Origin: Haplodiscus bocki
Taxonomy: Eukaryota
Direction: 5' to 3'
Length of the DNA stretch: 64,000 nucleotides
Assembly: GCA_965655095.1 (NCBI GenBank)
Contig: OZ296656.1
Location: forward strand, 15,624,001-15,688,000
Shown: piece after piece, positions 34,626 to 46,850 of the stretch
Layout: each line of letters opens with the position of its first letter
Numbering within the stretch: the first letter of the stretch is position 1
Position numbers and translations under genes: made by a program
Notes under the pieces: model-generated
Told to the model about the DNA's origin: nothing
Databases searched by the model: none
What the model saw: the letters and a program-made list of their open reading frames with translations, nothing else

Positions 34626-36447
34626 ATCAGTGTTATCCTTCCTGGACCACTCAACGAAATATTCACTCTGCAGTCAACTCAGCTCCGGTATTCGTAAGTC
34701 CCCACTTTGCTTTGATCTAGTAGAGTTAATCTCACTGATCATTTTCTCCTAAGTAATCCTGCTCGATAAATCGCGAAGGAACTGCCGTGTTCGAGTGAAA
34801 GGACTAAGAGAAAATCACCGGGTGCCGCTTGCAGCGAGCTATACCTGAGCAGTAGATAAAAACTAAAATATTCAACCCCTCCAATAAATCCGGACGATTT
34901 ATTCACGGTTGGAAATAAGGAGAATTTAAGATCTGCGCCCAGTTGCTATGCTAAGGCAGGTTACTCGGGTTTAAATAAAAGGCTAAAAGAACAACTTAAT
35001 CCTAAAAGTAAAATACATGTAAACTCCTCGTCAGCGGTTCACGCTTGACCAAAAAAAAGGACTTAAGGGATTTGACTCGGTCGACTGCTATTATGGCATG
35101 TTACCACGGTCTTAGATAAAATTGAACCACATAACATCAGTGAAACCTAAAAGTAAAAGAGAGAAAAAGAAAGGCAAAGCCTGGGCTAGAAAAGACGAAT
35201 GTAATATTTCGTTCTAGCCAAAAATCCAAAAACGTATACCTCAACCTAGTTTTAAATCTGATAAAAATTTCCAACTTCTTTTTGAAAAGATTTGTAAATT
35301 TATATTATTGATTATTATTCTCATCTATTTATTCATTTAAGGAAAATTGAATGAATTTAATCTACTCATATTATTTGATGAAATTTTTACGAAGTATTTA
35401 TTCTTGTGCAATTTTCATCTTACTTTAATGCAGCACTGGAACATAAGCAGGATATGAATGTGACGCAGGTTAATCCCGCGCCACCTACAGTAATACCCGA
35501 AAGCCTATTCAATCTCAAGGAAACCTCCGGATTCCGCGAGCCCACTGATCTGCGCTCAAAGTTGACTAGGGCTCCAGGAATCAAACTGGGCTAACCAGGC
35601 CCGTTTTATCCGACTCGTCAATTTACTGTACCCAGTTATAAGAGCATACAGTTGTTCTATTATCATTGTCTGGTAACTGAGAACTCTCTTCTCCCAGTTG
35701 GAACCGTACATAATTATAAAGAATTGTTTGAAATTATCAGTAATCTCCGGTTCCTGTACAACGTATCCGATGCTTCCTCATGAAACTTGTGACTGTGGCC
35801 CATTCGTCTAATGTCTCAACATCTACGCGATAATATAATCCCAGAAAGTGATCATGATCTTCATCGGGAACGACCGGTGAAGGAGTCATCTCTTCTTGAG
35901 GCATATGTTCTGGATGGCCTAACGGAATTTCAATTCCCAGTCTCTGATTATTTGGAACTTGCTCATTCAAAGGAGAAGATCGCGGAGAATCATTATTAGC
36001 TGCCATTTGTAATAAACTTTGATTTTAATAATTTGTAATAATTTCCGAAGTTCAACTGAAAAAGATTAATACGGTGTTTAAATTATCTAACTTGCTCAAA
36101 TCTTGCCCCTACTAATCTCACCCCTCCGATATTTAATCTTATCTTATGCTCATTTACATTTGTAAGATTGTCTACTATTTCCGTATATTCGCCGAATAAT
36201 TCATCTATTTATCTGTACCTTTTCTTTGCTCACTAAGTCCTTGCCAGTAGAACTTCCGCAACTTTGCTCGCGCGTTGTGGCAAAGCAAATTTACAAAGCT
36301 AATAACGGTGTAAGCTTTAGACTTTCTTACACGATAACGTATGCTTATGGCCGCACACGCCGCTCAGCAATATTAGCTAGAGCGAACAATAGCAGCTATA
36401 CTTGACACGTTGTTCAATAAACAACACCCCCTGTACGCGCGACAAAC

Positions 36448-36465
36448 TGGTGCGACCAGTGAGGC
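36448..36465 (+). promoter_or_regulatory. Primer-binding site TGGTGCGACCAGTGAGGC
   Basis: Starts 3 nt after the 5' LTR end; identical to copy 1. Confidence 0.8.
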
Positions 36466-36526
36466 ATTCCTAAAGTGAGCAACAGTTTCTTGGTGCAGTT
36501 TTTTTGGAGCTATATTTTTATGTGCT

Positions 36527-37537
36527 ATGTTTCTTTTATTATTTATTACTATTGCTGCCAATCACCTTGCCTATCCTTAGGTATCTTCAGACAAGTTCTC
36601 TTGCACCGAACCCGATAGAGATGTTGAATCTTTTTCACAATTGACGGAAGCTGCCACCAAGTGGAATGAAACAAAAGTGAGCTTCATTACTGGATTCTCA
36701 GATAGACGAAGTAAATCCTGCGATCGATTGGAAGTTGACCATTGTTGGCTTGATGATATGAACGGTATCCCAAATGCCCAACAAAATGCAGAACGAGCAA
36801 CACAGAAAAGACAACAGAAGCGAAGATACATGGACAACAGTCCGCGAGGACTTAAACCAAATTATTTAGAGATAAAAGCCCAAGAACAAATATTGGAGTG
36901 CCTGAACCCTACCCGGAATAACTTCTCCACTTATAATATTCAAGAGGATGTTATGTTACAGGTGTGCTCGAATTTTCTCCATGATGTGGAACGGATCAAA
37001 ATTGAACTGGCTACAATGCGCCAAGAATTGAGGAGCCTCCGAACAGAACTTCAAGAACATCGAGTTAATTGCATGAAAGGAAATTTCAAACCATAGGCTC
37101 CCACCCAAAAGGGACAACAAAAAACTGTACGGTTCTGTAATTATTGTCGAAAAAACGGACACACTCCAAATTGGTGTCGCCAAAAGATTCGAGACGATGA
37201 AATACGAAAAGTGCAACGCGATATGTCCTTCAGAAAGAACATTGCTCCCATTCGGGAATACGGAACTAGTGACTCCAATTGTAACCCTAAGCACAATCAA
37301 AACGTGGACCTATGCCCTGATTCGGACGATGCGAATATTCCCATTAATAAACTTCTAACTACCGAAGTCGGAACTTGTAAAGCTGAAAGTAACGATGTGA
37401 CTGCTCTGGAACCAAAATTCATTTCGACTACAAATGGCATTTCGACTACAACTGGCATGAGTTTCAATATGGCACGATTCAGTTCAATTGGAGAGTCTGA
37501 TGATGAACTGTCTGACCCTCTTCCGTTGGGTTACTAA
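36527..37537 (+). pseudogene. gag: Disrupted Gag-like ORF of copy 2
   Basis: Homologous to 14017-15012 and ends DDELSDPLPLGY; has in-frame stops; knuckle degenerate (CNYCRKNGHTPNWC). Confidence 0.7.
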
Positions 37538-38856
37538 AGCCTCCAAAGTCTCTTTTATAATTTCCATTTTCATCTTATACCCTCTTTAATCTTTTTATTT
37601 TTTTCTAATTATCATTGATTTCAATTCCCTTCCTGTTTACGCCTCCCCTAACCACCGTCACTATAAATGAATTGAAAAACCTGCCAACAACGACGACATC
37701 GCAGTTACTTGGTATCTCTGATGTGAATTGCGAGATCTTCGAATATTATGCCCTGGCCATACAAAAGAAACGAACCCGAAAACCAGAACTAACTCTTTGC
37801 TGCAAGTGGAAACCAAGGATACTTCCATGGAAGCACATATCCAAGATGGACAATCTTCAGAACCTTTTTATCCAACTTTCAGAATCCTGACCAAATTACT
37901 CATCAAAATCAGATTTAGGATTGTTGAGATTCTACTCGTTGCACGCCACGAGATGTCACAGATCAACACCCTACTCGCTCTCGCCAACATCTATGACATC
38001 CGAAGGAGAGCACAAAGTCTTTGGGATTACTGACGGGAACTCCCTTCAAGTCAGAATCCGGATTGTTGCGAATCTACTCGCTGTAATACTTAAACCCATA
38101 ACAGCCTAAAAAGAAGAGTTCGTCAGCCTCTTTGTGACCCTAGATATTTCCGGGATATTCGACGATGGGAAAATCAAAGCCTGGACGATCCTCTTGATTA
38201 AGGACAAAGACCTTGGGGTATTTCACGAGGTGTCACTGATCAACAGTCCACCCACTTTCACTCTAACTAGGTGGGAACAGTCCTTACATCAAATATACCA
38301 CCTTGGAACAAGCTGGTAATTACAAAGACTGAGGACTGACAAGCCTCCTATCACTCTTGCATGGATGCAATATAACATTTTCTTCAACAAAAAACTTATT
38401 CCTCTATCCGAATTTCAACTAAAGGGCCCATACATCTTATTTCGCTAGCAAGCACAAGAATCGAGCCTGACGAGGCTCTCCAGACCATATAGTTCTCAAA
38501 CCACAACGACAAACAGCCTGAAAGGAGGCTGACAGACTTTATTATTCTTGATATAATTTACGGAAGAGGCTGATTTGATTTGGCACTTTTTTTTGCACCC
38601 TTTATAAAAATCTCGGCGTCGTATTATTGGAGCTCTGCTAAAGTTTTAGCTCCCACTTTATGCCAGTGCCCATATAGCTTTTTCCTTACATAGGATCCTC
38701 CACTAACACACTTAGTGATGAAGGTATTTTTCTTTTTAATCCTCGTGCTTCAAACCCAGGTTCTTTACACTGTTATTTCCCACTTGCTTGGTTCCAGGGA
38801 TAGAGTATGTTTCACGGAACCTAATGTTCACATTTTGACTGCAGATAGATGATTTT

Positions 38857-39471
38857 TTGTTTTTGGCCAGGTGCGATACAGTCCGATTGACATCCATGAT
38901 ACCAGATCTACCGAACTCCATGGCAGAGACCACCCAAGACTGCTCTTCTGCAGACAATATCTTTGCTATCTTTTCAAACCTGGACGCGGATTTACTACTC
39001 TTGGATCCATCAAGCCCCGACAAACTGGTGCGACCCTCTCGTCCTGCTGTGCCCACTGACCCAGAAGTGATAATCATTTCACCTCCAAATTCTCCTGTAA
39101 CGTATCTGTCCAACCCTGCCTCAACTGGTGGACAACACAGCCCTGATTCCACTTCTACCCTTGAAGCCAGTGAAAATGACATTATAATTGACATTCCACC
39201 ACCCGCAGACATAGAATTACTGGCAAACAACAGTAATGAGGAACAACACGAGCTTCCAACCGCCTATCCCCTCCCAACCGATAGTAGCCCTGTTCTATCG
39301 CGCCCCAATCAATTTAAACACCGCACGGAGACTGCTAATTTAGTCAATAGCCGCCAACACCGCATAGAACAGTTTGCTTCAAAACCTACAGCAATTATCC
39401 GGCCACGGATCAACTCCCGTCTTCGCTATGGCCTGAAACCAGAAATCGACTCATGGAAAATTATCTTTTAG
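38857..39471 (+). CDS. Pro/Ser-rich accessory ORF of copy 2
   Basis: Homolog of 12141-12815. Confidence 0.5.
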   Translation: MFLARCDTVRLTSMIPDLPNSMAETTQDCSSADNIFAIFSNLDADLLLLDPSSPDKLVRPSRPAVPTDPEVIIISPPNSPVTYLSNPASTGGQHSPDSTSTLEASENDIIIDIPPPADIELLANNSNEEQHELPTAYPLPTDSSPVLSRPNQFKHRTETANLVNSRQHRIEQFASKPTAIIRPRINSRLRYGLKPEIDSWKIIF

Positions 39472-39728
39472 GATACCCAACGAAAAGAACTGACTATTCA
39501 GAATACATCCTTACCACCTCAACGACTTGTGGTTCCCCAACAGGCTGTCACTGTTCTCCCTCATCAAGACGCATGACAAACTGGTGCGACCCTAGAACAA
39601 ATTTCGAATTACCCAAACCGGTGCGACCAAAGATTCTTGCAATATTGCCTTCTGCAACTCAATCCCGCACTTCCTCTCTTCTCCTAGAACCCCCGAATCA
39701 AATTCTTCTTCTTTTCAGCGGGGTGAGT

Positions 39729-42700
39729 TATCGCGTTACAGAGAACGCTCAAACCTCAGAAAAGACGCTATTTCCTAAATTAAAGTTAACGAAAGAGTTA
39801 AACTAACCTCAAGAACTTTCGGTGATAAATGAAGACCTCGAGAATTTGTAATTCTCAGATAAATACCCGAAGTGATTAATGCAGTTTGTTTATTTGCTAT
39901 TTAAACTTGACTTGCGAAATTTACGAGATTACGAAAGAATTAATATTTGACTTACCCGGATGGCAGACTGAACTTAAGAAACGCGGTTGGGCGAAACAAA
40001 CAAAAGTCCCTGGCAGGCAGGGAACGGGGGATAGATAAGTTGGACAAATTGGCTACAAGGTTGATATGAAAGTTTACAAATAAATATTGGTAGACTTTAC
40101 GACGGCAAGATTAAATTGACTGAGAGCTCGTTTTACGAAGTTGAAATTGCACAATTTCAAGATTTAATTTTACAAAAATGAAAAATTATAATTCGCCCAC
40201 CCTAGCGGGATTTTCCTATTGGTTGCATGATCGACATGCTCGGTCACGTGACCAAACGGGGTATAAATACCCAGCGCTCAGCCACGAATTTCAGAAGCTC
40301 GCTCCCGCTCACTTGCCTTATTACCCGAGGCGAAACTCTTTTACCCTAAACTTCTAACTTCTCTTCTTATTTTACCAATTCCCCTCTTCTTTTGGAGCGA
40401 GCGAAAATATTCTAAGACAATTCCAAATTGTGTCTGAGCCAAATTCCAATAGCATTTTACCGAAAATAATCTAAGACAATTCCAAATTGTGTCTTAGTAA
40501 AATTCCAATTGCTTCTTATCGAAAATATTCTAAGACAATTCCAAATTGTGTCTTAGCCAAATTACAATTGCATCTTACCGAAAATATTCTAGAACAATTC
40601 CAAATTGTGTCTTAGCCAAATTCCAATTGCATCTTACCGAAAATATTCTAAGACATTTCCAAATAGTGTCTTAGCCAAATTCCAATTGCATCTCACCGAA
40701 AATATTCTAAGACAATTCCAAATTGTGTCTTAGCCAAATTCCAATTGCATCTTACCGAAAATATTCTAAGACAATTCGAAATTGTGTCTTAGCCAATTTC
40801 CATTTGCATCTTATCGAAATTATTTTAAAACAATTTCAAATTATCAGTGTTATCCTTCCTGGACCACTCAACGAAAATTTCACTCTGCAATCAACTCAGC
40901 TCCGGTATTCGCAAGTCCCCACTTTGCTTTGATCTAGTAGAGTTAATCTCACTGATCTTTTTCTCCTAAATAATCCTGCTCGATAAATCGCGAAGGAACT
41001 GCCGTGTTCGAGTGAAAGGACTAAGAGAAAATCACCGGGTGCCGCTTGCAGCGAGCTATACCTGAGCAGTAGATAAAAACTAAAATATTCAACCCCTCCA
41101 ATAAATCCGGACGATTCATTCACGGTTGGAAATAAGGAGGATTTAAGATCTGCGCCCAGTTGCTATGCTAAGGCAGGTTACTCGGGTTTAAATTAAAGGC
41201 TAAAAGAACAACTTAATCCTAAAAGTAAAATCCATGTAAACTCCTCGTCAGCGGTTCACGCTTGACCAAAAAGAGGACTTAAGGGATTTGACTCGGTCGA
41301 CTGCTTTTATGGCATGTTACCTAAGTCTTAGATAAAATCTGATATCCCGTCTGATAATTACCCAAGATTTAACTTGGTTCGGACCAAATTGGGATTTAAG
41401 GGACTTGACCTGGTCGACTGCTATTATGGCATGTTACCACGGTCTTAGATAAAATTGAACCACATAACATCAGTGAAACCTAAAAGTAAAAGAGAGAAAA
41501 AGAAAGGCACAGCCTGGACTAGAAAAGACGAATGTAATCTTTCGTTCTTGCCAAAAATCCAAAAACGTATACCTCAACCTAGTTTTAAATCTGACAAAAA
41601 TTTCCAACTTCTTTTTGGAAAGATTTGTATTTTTATATTATTGATTATTATTCTCATCTATTTATTCATTTAAAGAAAATTGAATGAATTTAGTCCACTC
41701 ATATTATTTGATAAAATTTTTACGAAGTATTTTTTCTTGTGCAATTTTCATCTTACTTTAATGCAGCACTGGAACATAAGCAGGATATGAATGTGACGCA
41801 GGTTAATCCCGCGCCACCTACAGTAATACCCGAAAGCCTATTCAATCTCAAGGAAACCTCCGGATTCCGCGAGCCCACTGATCTGCGCTCAAAGTTGACT
41901 AGGGCTCCAGGAATCAAACTGGGCTAACCAGGCCCGTTTTATCCGACTCGTCAATTTACTGTACCCAGTTATAAGAGCATACAGTTGTTCTATTATCATT
42001 GTCTGGTAACTGAGAACTCTCTTCTCCCAGTTGGAACCGTACATAATTATAAAGAATTGTTTGAAATTATCAGTAATCTCCGGTTCCTGTACAACGTATC
42101 CGATGCTTCCTCATGAAACTTGTGACTGTGGCCCATTCGTCTAATGTCTCAACATCTACGCGATAATATAATCCCAGAAAGTGATCATGATCTTCATCGG
42201 GAACGACCGGTGAAGGAGTCATCTCTTCTTGAGGCATATGTTCTGGATGGCCTAACGGAATTTCAATTCCCAGTCTCTGATTATTTGGAACTTGCTCATT
42301 CAAAGGAGGAGATCGCGGAGAATCATTATTAGCTGACATTTGTAATAAACTTTGATTTTAATAATTTGTAATAATTTCCGAAGTTCAACTGAAAAAGATT
42401 AATACGGTGTTTAAATTATCTAACTTGCTCAAATCTTGCCCCTACTAATCTCACCCCTCCGATATTTAATCTTATCTTATGCTCATTTACATTTGTAAGA
42501 TTGTCTACTATTTCCGTATATTCGCCAAATAATTCATCTATTTATCTGTACCTTTTCTTTGCTCACTAAGTCCTTGCCAGTAGAACTTACGCAACTTTGC
42601 TCGCGCGTTGTGGCAAGGCAAATTTACAAAGCTAATAACGGTGTAAGCTTTAGAGACTTTCTTACACGATAACGTATGCTTATGGCCGCACACGCCGCTC

Positions 42701-42780
42701 AGCAATTTTAGCTAGAGCGAACAATAACAGATATACTTGACACGTTGTTCAATAAACAACACCCCCCTGTACGCGCGACA
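39729..42780 (+). repeat. 3' LTR of copy 2 (3052 bp)
   Basis: Termini TATCGCG...CGCGACA; preceded by the PPT-like GCGGGGTGAG; carries an extra ~115-120 bp hairpin unit at ~41305-41424. Confidence 0.93.
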
Positions 42781-45149
42781 TTTTGGAGATTGAAAGATAT
42801 ATCAGGATATGCTTCATCTGCTCATTGAATTTTCAAAACAAGGCAGGAACGACCCATGTCGGCTTCACCCGTAAGACCCAATACATGTTAGTTTTGAGGA
42901 AATTGTCGCTTTTCCGACAAAAAATATGGTATGGAAACATTTTTCTCTGCGCAGTGCCGAAAATTTAATCGGACTTTTTGGTACTATATTTACTGCCGGA
43001 GAAAGTCAATAATTCTGAAATTTATGGCATATACCTTCGCACAAATTTTGTGGTGTATCGAAGGTATCACGAAAAAGTTCGCATCAGAATTTTTGTTTTT
43101 TTTTTTCATTTTTCCAGATTGTAATCGTGGTCCTGAAATCCATGGGTACTTCAGTATTGCGCAGTTCGTCATGTCAGAGTTGGAAAAAAACAGAAGCCGC
43201 TGTAATAGTCGTGCACTTTTGAAGAAAGCGCCGACTAAAAAATTATGGTTTATATGCTTATTACTCGCAAATTAGCAATCATAATAATGAGAATTCCCGT
43301 GAAACGTTTTCTTCGTACTAAAAAGTAAAAACTAATCTCCCGGTGAACATTAAAGTGATTTTATTTGTACTCTTATTTGCTAAGCGACATTTTGTGCAAA
43401 TATTGGAACGAGCGTGAGCGCTACTTGAGGAACATAATTGTTATGTTACTGTTTTTACTTATCATTACTCGGTTGTCGTGCTATGCGAGGAGGTCTATCA
43501 TCCCTACAGTTAAACGCACATACTTTGCGTAAAAGCTGGAAAGACGTCTTCAATATCAGTGTTCTTTCTGTTTGTCCGCTGTACATGAAAATCGGATTTC
43601 AAAGTATGTTCACGGTTTCATGAGCATGCGTTGTTAAGCTCTGCAACTTCCAGCTTATTCCGGTCGACGTCGACACGCCATTTTAGGACTCCGGAAAATT
43701 TTAATTTTACGGTGTACTTATAGTATTAGTCGATTTTTTCACACTTTTTCGTACGACAGTTTGCGACTTTGTCCGACAAGGATTTTCGTGCAACATTTTA
43801 AAAAAATAGTTTTTTTAAAACGCAGCAAAACTGCGTGGGAGTATAGGAAGGGCCATCATAGTAGCGGTGAGAGAGCGCAAATTAGAAAAAAATTAAAAGC
43901 GGAGCATACGGGACCTCATAGTTGCGGTAAGAGCGCAAATTTGAAAATCAACGAATTTTTTCTTCCCAAGACAGTATACTTAAAATTTTGAACCCCGGGT
44001 GGATTTCATTCACCTAATTTGCGTGAAAACGGAATAAATGTTAAGGGGACCCTATGCTTATCCCGAAACTTTTCCTATCCGCCTGGGGTAGCTATGTTTC
44101 CTAACGTTCACAACTCGCACAATGATGAGTGGGATAAACTAAGCTTGTTACTGGACTAGGAGGTACCTTCTGGCTTAGTGGTTAATGACGACTGCAATGT
44201 GCACTGGGTTTCTACGGCTGTTCGGGTTCAAATCCTATCTGGACCAAAAACTTTTGCGTTCGATGTTTCTCTCTCAATTGATTTGGTCTTTTTCTTGGAA
44301 AAACACGCTACTAAACTGGAAGGGACCTGTTTTCTGCTTCCAGAATTTTTGTGAAACTTTTCTCCACGTTTACATTCTCTGAATTTACTGACTGTTATTG
44401 TTGAGATTTCAAGTGGGTAGAAAAATTCAACTTGTATAATTTTTGAAATGGATCCAAAATTTCTACGGTTCGAATTGAGTTTTGCTTTTCTTGCCCAATT
44501 TTCCCCTATTTTCTTTAGCACGTCAATTTCCCGGTAGAAAATGAAAAGGCTATTGCCTAGGAAAATCGTTGGAAAGTTAAAGCGATTTTCGTGAGAAAAA
44601 ATACCGAAGGTTTCGTAAATTTAGTGTAAAAAAAGTAGCTCTTTTTTCTGTATTTCGCAACTACGCTATTTCAGCTCAAAATTAAGCTTTTCTCAATTAC
44701 TCAGGCAGCTCCAGTGGAAGCGAAACGTTGAGCTTTGAGCAATTTTGCCAAATGATAAAAGTGTTTTTCAAAAGTATTACCAAGAAAGGTAGTCTCAAAT
44801 GACGCCTTGTTTCCCGATTTCCGATTTTCCCAAAACTTTCGCAGTTCTGATTTCTATATCAACTTTATATGAGCGCGTACAAAGTGATCCAACAAGAAGT
44901 ACAAGTGTAGACATACACAGTGGAAGTTTGGAATTTTTGGCGTTTTGAAGTGGAGCAAATGGAGTTTTGGTGCTATGAAGTCAGCCGGAGTAGCTAAATT
45001 CGGTTCTCCCCATGTTTTTGCGCTATTGTTTTTCGTATGAACCATCTTGCCACTAGGCATAACTCTTAGGATGCAGAAGCATAAATGTGACTAGATAAAT
45101 ATCAAGAACTTCCAAAGGTATTCCTTGGTGAAGTTTTTCGTTGGTTTAA

Positions 45150-46850
45150 AGAAAACAAGAAGTAGTTGATTTCGACTTATGCTTTGCCTCTTGATTCCGC
45201 TCTCCTGAGTTTGCTATTCAGCTACAGTAAACTGATACGAATACGAGAGGACATAACTGAAACCTTTTCATTATATAATAAACATTTGGTGAAAACTAAT
45301 GTTTTTGGTCCTCAAAAATAGCGGATTCTACGATTTTTGCATACTTCTGCTCGTTTGCCATCCGAATCATCCTTCTGACTTCGTATCTACTTGAATCAAA
45401 TAGAGTTTGTTGAATTGTTAGTATTTTCTATTTCCGAAAATTTCATTCAACAAGGTACTTTTTGTGCTCCAAAGTGAGCCTGAAACTGCAGTTGTTTGCG
45501 ATGTTCCATCGTTTCCGTCCTTTTGGCTATAATTGTATCAGACAGTGTTGAGACCCAGCTGCTACAGCTACGAGTTCTTCGAGCCGGACTCCTGTAAGGT
45601 AATCTCTCTGGAACAGAAGAGAGCCTCCTAGTGGATTTATGTTTGCTGTGGTTCTAGAATCAACAAAACCTCAAAGATGTAGCAAATGAAAATTCAAATC
45701 TTTGAAGGTCTAGCGCTTTTTCGCAATCAAAATGTTTCAGTCTTCAGGAAAATTCTAAGGTGATTCTTTAAACTCTTGCAATTTTGAATTTTCGGCTGAG
45801 ATAGAATTTCTCTCCGATAGTGTTGGAATTTTTAATCTATTTTTAACAGCTGTTTCTCCAGTAGTTTTGGTAATGGAAACAAGAAAATCTTGAACTCTAA
45901 GTAATTGGCAAGGAAAGTGTCTTTTTGTCATCTGAAGTCTGTACTATTCACTGATCGAGGAAGGGCGCAACAATCCCAATCAGATCGATGGTGTCCAAGA
46001 GGAGCACTTTTGACAAAGGTCGCAAGCTGAGGCTTCATCGATTTCTGATTTAAATACAGGTTACAATTCATAAGAAGATGGAAACTCCCAACCGGCAATC
46101 TCTGTTGCTTTGCAAATGGTCTAGCCAAGAAGGAGTTAATTTTGTGCTTGATATGTTGGAACTGAATGACAATTTCTACGGAAATTACTTCCGTTGAAAG
46201 ATACAAGTGAAAATTTCGTCAAGTTTTCTATCAGAACTAATATGTATCTCGTCCGGAAACTTCGTAATTAACCGTCTCCTACAAATCTCTACACGGTGCT
46301 TTTTTCTTTTATGCTCAGTTTACCGCTAGGTGGACGCTGTGCGATCAAAAGTTGCTGAAAATGTTTTTGACTAACGGTGCCACTATAGTTTAGCTTGGAT
46401 TTCACTGTTTCAAGTAAAGAATATGGGATTAAATGAATGAATTTGAAGTTACCTGCTACTTTTCAAAAGCTCGGGGCACTGATTTACTGAAATATTTCTC
46501 GGTGGCCGCATTTCGACTACTAGTGAATTGAAAGAACATTTTTAAGAAACGTTTTTATTGAAAGGGTCCTCGATTTTTTGACTACAATTAGAAATTTTTC
46601 ATCCTATAAACTCTGCGTAAGGGTCAGCCAATTTCGTGCCAGACGTACCCAGTATAATCAGCATATTCGAAGAAAAACACGTTTGTCCTTCTCGTAAGAA
46701 AAATCATCTTTGATGATGACCTGACAAAACAGTCATGTTTTGTTAGCAGAAGTGCAAAGTTGACCACCTGACCCTTGTCACAAATTCCAGGTTTTGAGTA
46801 GTTGAGTAAGTCCTGGATGGACGCAGCGGGGCCAGTGGTCATGGAGAAGA
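45150..46850 (-). mobile_element. Possible highly decayed hAT-like transposase remnant
   Basis: Minus-strand fragments LEFVTRVRWST (TRW-like) and FSPNVYYIM...P...KLRR (dimerisation-domain-like); heavily disrupted. Confidence 0.25.

Larger units (their letters stand above)
33514..36444 (+). repeat. 5' LTR of copy 2 (2931 bp)
   Basis: Termini TATCGCG...CGCGACA; near-identical to 39729-42780. Confidence 0.93.
33514..42780 (+). mobile_element. Giant-LTR non-autonomous LTR retrotransposon, copy 2 (related subfamily)
   Basis: LTRs 33514-36444 and 39729-42780; TSD TTTT; PBS at 36448; interior homologous to copy 1. Confidence 0.93.
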
